DNA from: Candidatus Bathyarchaeota archaeon
Lineage (GTDB): Archaea; Thermoproteota; Bathyarchaeia; Bathyarchaeales; Bathycorpusculaceae
Direction of reading: 5' to 3'
NCBI GenBank assembly: GCA_963777155.1
Contig: CAVZPM010000002.1
Coordinates: forward strand, 1-64,000
DNA: 64,000 bases
The translations under genes were made by a program, and so were the position numbers. This document shows positions 39,172 through 50,728 of this stretch, piece after piece; within the stretch, counting starts at the first letter, position 1, and each line of letters starts with the position of its first letter. The notes beneath the pieces were generated by a model. The model was not told the origin of the DNA. It did no database searches and worked only from the letters and a program-made list of their open reading frames with translations.

Positions 39172-40215
39172 TTAGCGTCCACGCGGTTTAGTTGCTTTCT
39201 CCTCTTCAGAGACATCCTCTATTCCGTTCTCGGTTACTTTAAGGATTTCCTCCCCCTCAGGCAAATATGGGCTCGAAACTAGTCTTGCAATGCGTATTGG
39301 ACCATGTGAAGCACGTCTAAGGTAGATTCGAGTCGCACTTGTGTGGCCAACAATGTTTCCGCCGATCGGGTGAATTGCATCACCAAAGAACTGGTCGGGT
39401 TTAGCCATTACTTGGTTTGTTACGACCGCTACAGCGTTGAATGCTCTTGCTAATGCGATGAGTTTGTGCATGTGTTTGTTGAGTTTTTGTTGTCTTGACG
39501 CGAGCATTTCTCTTCCGATGTATTCGCTTCGGAAATGGGCGGTTAACGAGTCAACAATGATCAGTTTGATGTTGTTTGCTTTGATTATTTCGTCAGCGTT
39601 TTCGAGAAGGAACATTTGGTGGTCTGAAGTGTAGGCTTCAGCATAAATAATTTTTTTAACGGCTTCAGCGGGATCCATACCTACCCCTTTTGCCATCTGC
39701 ACGATTCGTTCCAACCTGAAGGTGTTCTCGGTGTCAATATACAAGGCTGCTCCGTTGAGTCCTCCTTTTTCCGGGGGCAACTGGACGTTGATGCATAGTT
39801 GGTGACACATTTGGCTTTTACCGCTGCCATATTCACCGTAAAATTCTGTTATGGTTTGCGTTTCCAATCCACCATCTAAGATTTTGTCCAAGCCTTTGCT
39901 GCCTGTCGTTATTCGCAGAACTGTTTGTCGCATTTTGAAGAGTTCATCTGCTCGGATAAATGAGATGCCGATGGATGAACGTGCGGCTTGGATTATTTGG
40001 AAGGATTTTTTCTCGCTTACCCCGACTGGTTCAAGTTCACGAGCTGTTGCCATGGCTAAAGATTCTACTGTGTGGTAGCCGAGTTCGCGGAGTTTCTGTG
40101 CGGTGGCTGGGCCAACTCCTGGAAGATCCTCTATAAACTCATATTTTTTCCTGTTTGTTTCAAGTATAGATTCTTCTTGTTCTTCCTGCGGTTCTACGTC
40201 GGAGTCTTCAGACAT
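39172..40215 (-). CDS. radA: DNA repair and recombination protein RadA
   Basis: LPGVG HhH, GEYGSGKSQ, YIDTENTFR, LIIVDS. Confidence 0.97.
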   Translation of the reverse strand: MSEDSDVEPQEEQEESILETNRKKYEFIEDLPGVGPATAQKLRELGYHTVESLAMATARELEPVGVSEKKSFQIIQAARSSIGISFIRADELFKMRQTVLRITTGSKGLDKILDGGLETQTITEFYGEYGSGKSQMCHQLCINVQLPPEKGGLNGAALYIDTENTFRLERIVQMAKGVGMDPAEAVKKIIYAEAYTSDHQMFLLENADEIIKANNIKLIIVDSLTAHFRSEYIGREMLASRQQKLNKHMHKLIALARAFNAVAVVTNQVMAKPDQFFGDAIHPIGGNIVGHTSATRIYLRRASHGPIRIARLVSSPYLPEGEEILKVTENGIEDVSEEEKATKPRGR

Positions 40216-40372
40216 TATCTTCACACTTTTAGTGTTGATGTATGATATGGTGTATTTAAAATAAGCTGAAAAAGATGGGTTAGGCATAGTGGAGGGGTAA
40301 GTGAAAGTGAACTTTAGCGGGTTAATGTTCTTTTTTCTAAACCCCTAAACTAGCTGCTTTGGTCTGGCTATT

Positions 40373-41272
40373 TTAAGGTGGGATAACTCCCATCCGCGAA
40401 CATTCTTCTTTTAGGCTGTCTTTGATGTGCATAAGGCTTTGGCGCTTCTGAACGTATTCATCCCCGCCTATCTTTTCCTGGCGAAAATCGCTATCTAACT
40501 GCTGGATCTCCACGTTTATTTCGTTGATTCGGGCTTTAATCTGGTCTACGTATGAGACCGCTTTTTCCTGCACAATTACCTCTGAAGGTGCTAAGGCAGT
40601 TTTAATTATACCGTCCTCGATCCGCAGAATTCTTGTTGAAACACGGGCGACGCTGGGGTCATGTGTAACCATGATTATGGTTTTTCCCAGCTCGCGGTTA
40701 ATTTTGACGAGATATTCTGCAATGATTCTTGCGTTTGCTGTATCCAACTCGCCAGTGGGTTCATCTGCTAGAAGAATTGGTGCGTCATTAGCTAAGGCCG
40801 ATGCGATAGCGATTCTTTGTTGTTCCCCGCCGCTTAATTCTTCAGGTTTATGGTGGGTACGATTTTGCAGGCCAACTATGTTGAGCAGGTCTTGAACCCG
40901 TTGTTTGCGTTTGCTGCGGGGTACACCTGAGGCTACCATTGCGAATTCGATGTTTTCCTGTGCTGTTAAGGTTGGGATTAAGTTTAGGTTTTGAAATATG
41001 TGGCCAACAACCTTGCGCCGGTAATCAACAAGTTGGCGGACGGATAGGTCGGTTACTGTTTTTTCGCCTACCTGAACGGTGCCTGCAGTGGCTTTGTCTA
41101 AGCCGCCAATGATGTTAAGCAGGGTTGATTTGCCGCTGCCGCTGGGTCCAATGATGGAAACTAACTCGCCTGAGGTTATATCTAGGTTTAAGCCTCTAAG
41201 GGCTTGTACTTCGATTTTTCCTGTATGATGCACTTTAACTAGGTCTCGGATTTTTACGTTAATTCCGCTCAT
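40373..41272 (-). CDS. ABC transporter ATP-binding protein (LolD/MacB-like)
   Basis: GPSGSGKS, LSGGEQQR, ADEPTG. Confidence 0.93.
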   Translation of the reverse strand: MSGINVKIRDLVKVHHTGKIEVQALRGLNLDITSGELVSIIGPSGSGKSTLLNIIGGLDKATAGTVQVGEKTVTDLSVRQLVDYRRKVVGHIFQNLNLIPTLTAQENIEFAMVASGVPRSKRKQRVQDLLNIVGLQNRTHHKPEELSGGEQQRIAIASALANDAPILLADEPTGELDTANARIIAEYLVKINRELGKTIIMVTHDPSVARVSTRILRIEDGIIKTALAPSEVIVQEKAVSYVDQIKARINEINVEIQQLDSDFRQEKIGGDEYVQKRQSLMHIKDSLKEECSRMGVIPP

Positions 41273-44178
41273 CTTGCTCTAACCATCCTCTCAAGTTTAG
41301 TGACGTATTGACTTGTCATTACCAGGATTGCTCCGATTGTTGCCGCGTAAATCAGAGCGATGTAGGTACCTATGGTGGCTAAGGAGTCTGCTGGGAAAAC
41401 TAAACGTTGGGTCACCAGTGCCGAATTGAATAAAGCGTTGTTGGCTGAGGTTACGGTTCCATAGACGATTATGATCCCTACGACTATACCCAAGATTACT
41501 GAGAAGGTTATGGTCGCCATGCTCTCGGTAAGGAACATCCATACCAGTTGCTTATAAGATAAGCCTCGAACACTCATCAATGTGGCTTCTCGGCTGCGCT
41601 CTTTTAGGTTGACTATGGCTATTAGTGTTGTTCCCACTGACGCAGAGAGGACTGCGAATATTAGTCCTAAACGTTGGACATCAAGGATCTGCAGGCTACT
41701 TGATGTCGCAATATTGTTGTTTGAGGTTGACTGTCGCCATTCCTGGTCGAATGAATCAATGGCAATTATGTCTGTTGGATCAACCTTACGCATTTGGGTG
41801 GCGACATCGGTTCCGTTAACGTCTGGGTTCAGGGTAATTAGGTATTTTGTTTGGAAGGATTCTACCGTGTAGATACCACTGTATTCACTCATATTGAAGA
41901 GGTTTGCTGGCACGTATGAGTAGTATCTGGAATAGGCGTTGATTGAAGTTGAAATGTATTTGGAGTCAGGGCCGCTGATGATTACGTTGTTGCTGCTGGT
42001 ATCGGTGGGTTCCGGACCGAAGAAACCGATTATTCTCAGTTTACGCGGGCTTGAGTCGAAGTCGATACCTACTTCATCGTAGAGGTTTTTGCCTAATTGT
42101 TTGGCGAGGGATCGGTCAATTATGATAGTGTTGTTGTTGCCCTTCAAATCTTTCATCATTTGGTCCACGCTCGCACCTGTGAACCATCCATGTTCATAGT
42201 AAGCGGATGATGCCCATGTGTCTGGGTCAATTGTTCTTATTTCCATCTGATTATAACTGTTGCCTCCAGTTAAGGGAGCATACATTGTGCGTTCTATTGT
42301 TGCGTTCCTTATGCCGGAAACGTTTCCCACTATATCGTTTAGGATAACTTGAGCTTTTGAGGCATTAACTACACTAACTGTTACGTCAGCCCCAACTTGC
42401 TGATGTACCGTTCTAACTATGAAATCTTGCTGGCTTGCGATTTGTCCAGTGACTTGGACACTGAAGCCTATGATAAACGCAATCAGAAAAGCAATAGCTG
42501 CTAGCGGCGCTGGGTTTCTTCGAACATTCTTTGCTGCCAATGCGCCCAAATCACCCATCACTGATGAAATTTTGGAGGCTAGTTGTTGGAATTTGTTGAG
42601 TCACGGATTAGGATTTTGGTGAGTCCCCAGAAGAATAGGAAAGGACCAATATAGGTCATTATTCAATCGAAGATTATCAGGGGGGCAGCGACGATGGATG
42701 CGAAGAAGTTTCCGCCAGAATACATCCATTGGTTAACTATGACTTGTATGTTTAAACCTAACAGGAAACACCGCTATTTTGTAGCTTCCTAAGATGAGAG
42801 CTATCCAGGGAACAAGATTTGTAACGTGACTTGTTTTCGATGGGCATGTATTCTCTTAGGGCTTCGACTGCTGGCATCCGGGAAGCTTTCCGTGATGACC
42901 AAAACACTGAGCTAAGCGCCAATGTTACACCGAAAACAATTGTGACTATGGCGATTTCGGGACTAAAACTTCGGGAAGCAAAGAGGTTGTTTAGGTCTAC
43001 TGCACCAACGTAGTATTGGTTTAGGAGTAATCCACCGATTACACCGAGTGCGCCGCCGATTAAGCCGACAACTACAGCTTCGGAGAGGAACATTCGTTGA
43101 ATTTGCCCGCTTGAGAGTCCCTTTGTGGATAGGAGACCGATTTCTCGTCTGCGAATGTTAAAGGAAACATCCGATACGGTTGAGCCAAGGTACCATGCGA
43201 CAAAGAAAACGGGAATGGACACAACGATGAAGTTAATGAGCATAACTTGGAAGTTGCTCTGATAACCATTTAGATGCGCTGCTTAGAACGTTGTTAACAT
43301 AGGTGTTAGCTAAATAGTTAGCGAGGATTTGGTTTTGGATGTTATTGGAGATTTTGTCTATGTTGCTGATTGATGTTTCAATGTTCCAAGGGCTGATGAG
43401 GTTTTGGCGGTCCAACGTTAACAGAGAAGGTAACACTGGCGGTGCTGCTATCTAAGGTACTGTTCCATAGTTTTTGTAGTGTGTTTTCCCAGCTGACAAT
43501 CATCATGTCGCTCCTGTAACCGCTGGAGGCGACCTCCGTAGATTGGTGGAGGGGCAAAATCTAGAGCCACCGTAATAGATTATGCCTCCATTATTGTTTG
43601 TTAGAAGGGAGTAGCCGGTGTCAGTTAATTCTGCAAAACCCGCGACGGTGAGATTAACGTAGACTGAGGATGTGTTCCAGTATTTTGGGGTTGGAAAATT
43701 AATCATGGTTGTGATGTTGTCTCCGACATGGAGTTTCTGTGCAAGAGCGTTGTTTGCAAGGATGTAAGTGTAGTTTTCGGGGATTCCACCAAACGGTTTA
43801 TTGGTCCACTCATCGTAAATCTGAGAGGAGCTGGGAAAACTAGTCATCTGGGTGTAGTCAGACGTATTATAGTTATCTGCCGATGTGCTAATTGGCATAG
43901 AGAAGCTTGCAACATAATCGACTTTTTTGACTCCTGGAATACTGGTTATATTTTTGTAGGCTAAGAGCCAGGTTTGACTGGTTTAGGTCGGCGCGGAAGC
44001 TGATGTCGGTTATTATACTACTGATTTGCTTGTCTAGGGTTTGTTCAGCAGCTAAGTTAGCTTTTACTCCTATGGCTGCGCAGAAAGTCGCCGCTAAAGT
44101 TATGCCGATGAGGAGTGCGGTGAATAGTTTCCAGTTGCGGAATACATGTTTTACTGGGTAGAGAAGCGGCATAGCCAA
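41269..44178 (-). CDS. FtsX-like ABC permease (two FtsX domains), broken by several frameshifts
   Basis: Fragments 43888-44178, 43503-43898, 43233-43436, 42758-43243 (RRREIGLL..KG) and 41269-42561 (ERSREAT...RG) are collinear. Confidence 0.85.
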
Positions 44179-44311
44179 TCAGACCTTTATTTGACCCGTA
44201 CAGCTTTTAAGCCTACTTGTTAGAACACCACTCTTTCACCCGAAACGTATGCTTTCAACCCTTTATGTTGGTTAGAAAGAATTAAATCGTTAACCCCGCC
44301 TTTTCTAACCT

Positions 44312-45724
44312 ATGAAAAGTTTTCTGCGTTACCTGACAGAAGAAAACATGAGCCTATTCACTGACTACTACGAGCTAACGATGTGTGCAAGCTACTTTGA
44401 CAACAAAAACTTTGAGCCCGCCACCTTTGACCTTTTCATTCGTCGCTTACCCGAGAACCGCAGCTACTTCCTCTTTGCTGGCTTGGAGGAGGCGTTGCAG
44501 TACCTCCAGAATGTTAGGTTTACTAACGAACATTTGAATTACCTAAAAAAACAGGGGTTCCAAAAAGAATTCCTCGATTACCTGCACGGTTTCAAATTTA
44601 CAGGAGAAGTGTGGGCCGTTCCCGAGGGCACAGTGGCTTTTCCCAATGAGACTTTAATCCGTGTAACCGCACCAATAATCGAGGCACAACTAGTTGAGAC
44701 TTTTCTCTTAAACACCATTAACCTGCAAACTATGATAGCAACCAAAGCCTCACGTGTTGTCCACGTAGCAGCGGGAAAGTCGGTGATTGAATTTGGCCTG
44801 CGCCGGGAACCTGGCATTGACGCAGGAATGAAAGTGGCGCGTTCAAGCTACATTGCAGGTTGCCAAGGAACAAGTAACGTGCTTGCAGGAATGACCTACG
44901 GCATTCCGGTCTTTGGAACCATGGCGCACTCTTTCATAATGTCTTACCCCAAGGAAATCAATGCTTTCCGAGCGTTCGCAAAAACCTTCCCCGATAAATC
45001 AACGCTACTAATAGACACATACGACGACATTGCAGGTGCAGAAAAAGCGGTTGTGATAGCCAAAGAACTTGAGATAAGAGGGTACAAGCTTGACGGTGTT
45101 CGGCTAGACAGCGGGGATTTATCTGAGACCAGTAAGAAAGTTAGGAGAATCCTAGATGGACAAGGGTTGGAGTATGTTAAGATTTTTGTTAGTGGGGATT
45201 TGGACGAATTCAAAATTGCTCAGTTGCTTAAGGAGGGCGCACAGATTGATGCGTTTGGTGTTGGAACCAAAATGGGAACTTCCGCTGATAGACCTTACTT
45301 GGATGTAATCTACAAATTATGTGAAACCATGACTGCTCCCGACAACTTCTCGCCCATTATGAAGTTGAGCAGAGACAAAAACACTCTGCCTGGGAGGAAA
45401 CAGGTTTGCAGATTCAGTCGCGAGGATGGCACTTTTATAAAAGATGTGATAATTTTAGCGGACGAAAAAGTTGAAGGTGTCCCTTTACTTGTTAAGGTTA
45501 TGGAGAAGGGAAAACTTGTTTATCATCTTCCAAGCATCGATGAAATCCGCGTCAGAGCTGCCGAAAACCTCAGGAAACTTCCTTTGCAATATCAGAAATT
45601 AACTGGTGCTTCTGTGTATCCTGTTTACTTAAGCCAGAAGCTTCAGAACCTAATAGAAAAAACCAAGGATCAACTAACAAAAAATGAGATAAACAACGGA
45701 ACTCCCCAAAACAAGTTGCAGTAA
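44312..45724 (+). CDS. pncB: Nicotinate phosphoribosyltransferase
   Basis: LFTDYYELTM, EFGLRR, GTMAHS, LIDTYD, GVRLDSGD. Confidence 0.95.
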   Translation: MKSFLRYLTEENMSLFTDYYELTMCASYFDNKNFEPATFDLFIRRLPENRSYFLFAGLEEALQYLQNVRFTNEHLNYLKKQGFQKEFLDYLHGFKFTGEVWAVPEGTVAFPNETLIRVTAPIIEAQLVETFLLNTINLQTMIATKASRVVHVAAGKSVIEFGLRREPGIDAGMKVARSSYIAGCQGTSNVLAGMTYGIPVFGTMAHSFIMSYPKEINAFRAFAKTFPDKSTLLIDTYDDIAGAEKAVVIAKELEIRGYKLDGVRLDSGDLSETSKKVRRILDGQGLEYVKIFVSGDLDEFKIAQLLKEGAQIDAFGVGTKMGTSADRPYLDVIYKLCETMTAPDNFSPIMKLSRDKNTLPGRKQVCRFSREDGTFIKDVIILADEKVEGVPLLVKVMEKGKLVYHLPSIDEIRVRAAENLRKLPLQYQKLTGASVYPVYLSQKLQNLIEKTKDQLTKNEINNGTPQNKLQ

Positions 45725-45933
45725 AACTATTTTACAATTCTTCAAATATCCACATTATGAAAAACCAAGTCGGCTCTATCTTGAAGACTACTAGATTCTC
45801 CCTTTTTCCAATCAATTAAGCGTCTGTTGACTATTTTTCTTCGTTAGCATTTATTCCAATATTTAGTGCGGACATGGCAAACCCTTAATAGTCTTTCTGG
45901 AAAATTCTTAGTGCTATTCAAAACAGGGGAAAC

Positions 45934-47133
45934 ATGATGCAAAACCGCCCAGCTATAGTTGCTGTCGGCCGAACCAAGTTTGGAGAGCACTACGGCAAAG
46001 AACCAGAAAAACTAATCGAGGAAGCTTGGCTTGCCGCTTCAAACGAATGCAGTATTGAACGTAAAGACCTTGAAGCTTGTTATCTGTCAGATTGTTTTCT
46101 TCCTATTACAAACAAACTGGGGCTTGAGGAGGGCTTTCTCTCAGAGTTAACTGAGCTTCATGTTCCTATGGAAGTAACCCGCTCCTTCAGTGCTGCTTTG
46201 CTAACGGCTTGTAACGCTATCCAAGCAGGCGTCTACAGTACAGTGCTGGTAGGTGGCATTGAGAAGATGACGGACCGCTGGGACAAAATCCGTGACGACC
46301 TCATGTTACTTGACGATCCCTGGAGTTACTATGCTGGTGGTACTCCTGAGTCAAACCATGAACTCATGCTTCGTGCATATATTAAGAAACATAACATTAC
46401 AGGTGAGAGCCTTAAGCTGCTTAACTTAGCTTTAGCTGAGGTTACTGTTAAGAACCATGCGAACGCCATCAAAAACAAGTACGCCCAATTTCAAAGAAAA
46501 ATCACTATCGAACAAGTCCTGAACGCCCGAAAAACAGCTCATAAACCCCTTGGACTTTACGATTTTGCACCAATCTCCGATGGTGCATCAGCCTTAATTC
46601 TCACCAGTGACTTAGTTGCAAAAAAAATGACTAAGAACCCAGTTAATGTATTGGCAATCGGTTCAGCTACGGACTACCTCAATTATCCAAAACGGGCGGA
46701 TCTTTCCCATTTTGTGGCAGCTGAACTTGCGATGAAAAAAGCCTCACAAATATCCAAAGTAGCACCTTCGGACTTGCAGATTATCGAAGTTTACGACCAA
46801 TCCACTATGATGGAGATGGTTTCTCTGGAGGATCTAGGCCTATGTGCGCCTGGAACAGCTTGGAAAAGCATACATGGCTGCCAAAACTGCTACAATATAG
46901 GCGGTAAACAAGTTTTCGTTAACACTGACGGCGGATTAAAAGCGGATGGTAACCCACTCGGCGCAACCGGAGGCGCACAGATATACGAGATTTATCGTCA
47001 GATCCGAGGTGAAGCTGACGAAAGACAAGTTAAAGTCGGCGACGGTTTTCCACGGAACGGTTGTGTGCTAGAGTTTGAGGGTTTTGGAACCAAAGCCTAC
47101 GTATCAATCTTAGGAGTGCATAGGGATGAGTAG
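45934..47133 (+). CDS. Thiolase-family protein (canonical catalytic motifs degenerate)
   Basis: GRTKFG, GGIEKM, KNH.NA, PISDGASA, VNTDGGLKADGNPLGATG. Confidence 0.85.
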   Translation: MMQNRPAIVAVGRTKFGEHYGKEPEKLIEEAWLAASNECSIERKDLEACYLSDCFLPITNKLGLEEGFLSELTELHVPMEVTRSFSAALLTACNAIQAGVYSTVLVGGIEKMTDRWDKIRDDLMLLDDPWSYYAGGTPESNHELMLRAYIKKHNITGESLKLLNLALAEVTVKNHANAIKNKYAQFQRKITIEQVLNARKTAHKPLGLYDFAPISDGASALILTSDLVAKKMTKNPVNVLAIGSATDYLNYPKRADLSHFVAAELAMKKASQISKVAPSDLQIIEVYDQSTMMEMVSLEDLGLCAPGTAWKSIHGCQNCYNIGGKQVFVNTDGGLKADGNPLGATGGAQIYEIYRQIRGEADERQVKVGDGFPRNGCVLEFEGFGTKAYVSILGVHRDE

Positions 47134-48634
47134 TGAACCGATTGAGCGGCGGGTTTCTTACCTTGGTGACCGCTTAAAGGCTTGTCGCTGTCAAAGTTGT
47201 GGTAAAGAATACTTCGAAGTACGTGATTACTGCAGCAACTGCGGCAGAAAAAGCTTCGGAAAAATGGATAATATCGACCTGTTCTATGACAAAGGTAAAC
47301 TGGAACTCTGCACTTTTGTCAACGAACCGACTAACAAGTTCATGAAACTGTCAAGTTATGTTTACGGTATCGTTTCTTTCCACGACGGCAAAATTCGCGT
47401 TCCCGCAAGACTAACAGACCAGCTAATCTGCGATGGCGACGATGTGGATTTGGAGAGCCTCGAAGGTAGAGAAGTGGTTCCCCGTTTCCGAAGACGATAC
47501 ACTGTGGGGAAAAGCGAAGTAATACCCACAATTTCTCTAGCCTTCACCTTAGCCGACGAATACTACCCCCACCAAGAATACACGGTGGTTCAACCCAGCA
47601 AAGACTATGAATTGCCCGGTATCGTAGGCTATGGCGCCTACACTTCCCGCTTCCGAATAAAAGAACCAGGGTTAGAGCGTGCTGTGCCTTTTGTTGATGA
47701 GGACTCGGTGACGGCGGCGGTGGAAGCTGGAAAACTCGCCCTCATCCATTCAGGACTTGACAGTACATGGGTCGGGAAAGTCTATGTTGGATCCGAATCT
47801 AACCCGTATGCGGTTAAACCCATCGCCTCAAAGGTTGCTCAGGTCCTCCAGCTCGGCGAAGAAGACGGCGATGTACAAGGTGTTGACGCAGTGGACACAG
47901 AGTTTGCCTGCAAAGCAGGGACAAGCATGTTCAAAGATGCATCAGCGCTTGTTAGTTATCCAAAATCAGGCATAAAGTACGCTATGGTTATCGGTGCTGA
48001 CAATTCTCAAGCAGCCCCCAGAGGCTGTGCAGGCGGAGAACTGGATACATACGTTGGATACGGCGGCGCAGCATTCATCTTTGGAAAACAAGATGTGATA
48101 GCGGAAGTTGAAGGCTGGTATTCCTGTACCTCAGATACTCCGGATTTCTGGCGCAGAGATGGCGAACAATACCCAATGCATGGTGGCAGATTTACAGGTG
48201 ACCCCGCATACTTCAAACATGTCCGCAAATCAGCTTGTAGACTCATGGAACGCTTAAACGTTAAAGCAGCTGACCTGAACTACTTTGTTCCCCATCAACC
48301 AAACCCCCAGTTTCCCGTAAGAATCGCAAAAGAACTTGGGTTCAAAGAGGAACAATATCTACCAGCGATTCAAATAACAAAATTCGGCAACACCTACTCA
48401 GGTGCCTCACTTATAGGGTTAGCAGCGGTGCTCGATATAGCTAAACCCGATGAACGCATTTTGGTGGCAAGTTACGGCTCAGGAGCAGGAAGCGACGCAT
48501 ATCTAATTAGAACCACAAGCCAACTCCTTGATAAACGGAAACGCCAAAAAATCAACGTCAAATTCCAAGCAGAAAATCCATTCGTAGAATACATAGATTA
48601 CACGACTTACCGCCGCCTAAAAATGGGTATGTAA
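47126..48634 (+). CDS. DUF35 (Zn-ribbon/OB) - hydroxymethylglutaryl-CoA synthase fusion
   Basis: N-terminal CQSC...CSNC plus OB fold; C-terminal GSESNPYAVKP, FACKAG, HQPN, GNTYSG, SYGSGAGSD. Confidence 0.9.
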   Translation: MSSEPIERRVSYLGDRLKACRCQSCGKEYFEVRDYCSNCGRKSFGKMDNIDLFYDKGKLELCTFVNEPTNKFMKLSSYVYGIVSFHDGKIRVPARLTDQLICDGDDVDLESLEGREVVPRFRRRYTVGKSEVIPTISLAFTLADEYYPHQEYTVVQPSKDYELPGIVGYGAYTSRFRIKEPGLERAVPFVDEDSVTAAVEAGKLALIHSGLDSTWVGKVYVGSESNPYAVKPIASKVAQVLQLGEEDGDVQGVDAVDTEFACKAGTSMFKDASALVSYPKSGIKYAMVIGADNSQAAPRGCAGGELDTYVGYGGAAFIFGKQDVIAEVEGWYSCTSDTPDFWRRDGEQYPMHGGRFTGDPAYFKHVRKSACRLMERLNVKAADLNYFVPHQPNPQFPVRIAKELGFKEEQYLPAIQITKFGNTYSGASLIGLAAVLDIAKPDERILVASYGSGAGSDAYLIRTTSQLLDKRKRQKINVKFQAENPFVEYIDYTTYRRLKMGM

Positions 48635-48726
48635 GAGCAAGCTTTTTTCCAATCATTGGCTGGGTTCGCAATCTAACAAATGCTTAATAAATCCCGAGTA
48701 ATTCTGACATAGCCGAGGGCAAAAGA

Positions 48727-50031
48727 TTGTCGTTCCTACAGGATATATTGCAAGTTATCATTGCGCCACACAAAGCGTTTAAGCAAATTATTACCAACCC
48801 AAAATATTTAGGCGCATTAATCATCCTTCTTCTATTCATAGGCGTCCAAATCGGTTATGAGTACGTCCAGTTTTCTAGAACATACACTGAACAAACGTAT
48901 CCGATAATTTTCTTTAACGGTCCCGCCTTAATCAATGAATTGCCCACCTACACCAACGCCTCGTCCTGGACCGGTGGCTCTAACGTAAACTTGACCAATT
49001 CAAATGACTACTTCAACTATAGCGTTTATCTGGCGGGATTCGGAGCTTCACCAATTAGTTCAGATGGATACTCAAATATTTTTGGCAACACCAGCCTACA
49101 GATGGAAGCTTCAAACACAAACAACCTGATAGCTGCTTTGAGCAACACAAGCAACGTCGACTGCAGTTCCATAGGCTTCCAAAACATCTCTATGACAATA
49201 AAACAGGTTTCGCCTCAAATAGCCCCACAAAAGGTCACCTTAACATTGTATTCTCTGGCTGACACAAACTCCTACACATATGACCTCACCTCTCAACTCT
49301 CCAGTTCAACCACCCTGGATCAATGGAACAACCTAACTATTCCAGTAGGTCCAAACGCTCAAGGCTGGTCCTTAAGCGGCACCCCAACATGGAGTAACAT
49401 AACCTCATTAGTTCTCAACTTCAACTATCCCTCTGACTCAAACATAACCATACGTGTTGGTGCCCTCTTCTTCCGAGGAGAATACTTGACCCCCGTCCAA
49501 TACGGCAGCATAGGGCTTGTAATTCAATTCCTGCAAGTGTTCGCACTTCAATTCGTTTTCACCTGGTTTGTCCTCACAGCTCTGATTTACGCGTTCTGTC
49601 GAGTCCTCAAAAACGCTGTTCTCTGGAAACCTATCTTTGTAGCGCTGGGTTTAGCCATGGCTGTTATGATTGTCCGCGCATTGGTGAACCTTGCAGCAGC
49701 AGCTACATTGCAAACTGCGTATTATCCATTCGACATATCATTAGGTGTACGCTTTGACCAATTCGCTACCTTATACTTCCCGCCCGAAGCAGTGAACTCA
49801 TTGTCCGCTGTCTCTCAAAACGCCTTCCCGCTTATCGATGCAGCAACCTCAACCTTCAGGGGCATAGTGACAGTAATGGCTTTCATATCCTACATCTGGC
49901 TGGGCGCATTAGCTGTTTATGCTTTAGAAGCTTTGAAACCAGAATTCTCACTGGGCAAACGCATCACCTTTGCCGTTGCAGGGATAGGCATAACAATATT
50001 TGCCGTGCTCTTGCTTGTAGGTGTAATTTAA
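48727..50031 (+). CDS. Yip1-like membrane protein with a large extracellular insert
   Basis: N-terminal ..P.KAFK.I..P plus TM, N/S/T-rich loop, several C-terminal TMs. Confidence 0.65.
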   Translation: MSFLQDILQVIIAPHKAFKQIITNPKYLGALIILLLFIGVQIGYEYVQFSRTYTEQTYPIIFFNGPALINELPTYTNASSWTGGSNVNLTNSNDYFNYSVYLAGFGASPISSDGYSNIFGNTSLQMEASNTNNLIAALSNTSNVDCSSIGFQNISMTIKQVSPQIAPQKVTLTLYSLADTNSYTYDLTSQLSSSTTLDQWNNLTIPVGPNAQGWSLSGTPTWSNITSLVLNFNYPSDSNITIRVGALFFRGEYLTPVQYGSIGLVIQFLQVFALQFVFTWFVLTALIYAFCRVLKNAVLWKPIFVALGLAMAVMIVRALVNLAAAATLQTAYYPFDISLGVRFDQFATLYFPPEAVNSLSAVSQNAFPLIDAATSTFRGIVTVMAFISYIWLGALAVYALEALKPEFSLGKRITFAVAGIGITIFAVLLLVGVI

Positions 50032-50143
50032 GCAACGCCAAAACAGGCGTATGCTTACCAATTTTTCCAACTCTTTTTAAGTTAGCAATATTTATATGAT
50101 TGAAAGTGGAAAACCGTTAGCAAGCAGTTAGAAGGGAATTAAT

Positions 50144-50437
50144 TTGGTGGCAATTAAAGAGTTACAAGATGGAATGAAACGGGTTAGCGTTGAAGCCAAA
50201 GTTGTAGAAAAAGGCGACCCCCGAGAAGTCAAATCTCGATTTAAAGATGAAACTTACCGAATAGTTGATGCTGTTGTTGCTGACGAATCCGGCAGCGTAA
50301 AACTTACGCTTTGGAATGAGCAGATCGACCAAGTAAACGTAGGCGACAACATAAAAATCGAAAACGGCTACGTTACAAGTTTCAAGAGTGAAATCCAGCT
50401 TAACGTTGGCAAATTTGGGAAATTAACCGTCGAATAA
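50144..50437 (+). CDS. ssb: Single-stranded DNA-binding protein (single OB fold)
   Basis: VADESGSVKLTLW, IENGY...QLNVGKFG. Confidence 0.88.
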   Translation: MVAIKELQDGMKRVSVEAKVVEKGDPREVKSRFKDETYRIVDAVVADESGSVKLTLWNEQIDQVNVGDNIKIENGYVTSFKSEIQLNVGKFGKLTVE

Positions 50438-50449
50438 ACTAAATGGTAT

Positions 50450-50467
50450 ACGCCTTTTTTTAGGCGT
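50450..50467 (+). terminator. Stem-loop after ssb
   Basis: ACGCCT-T6-AGGCGT followed by T-rich sequence. Confidence 0.45.
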
Positions 50468-50728
50468 TTCAATTTGAATAGTTTTCTCCTATTTTTTGAA
50501 ATCTTTCCATTTCTCGATTATTAGAGGACATTACTATTAGGTAAACTATCTATAGCTTAACAGCGCATCCATGTTGGCGAAGAAAAAAATACCTCCATCG
50601 CCCAAAACAAAGCCTGATTATTAAAATCACCGCAGATGAAATTAGACGAATACAAAGGATTTTTTAGAAAATCCTTATTAATTTAATTCTTGTTTGAGAA
50701 CATTTCTTATCGTTTGTGGGAAAGCACT

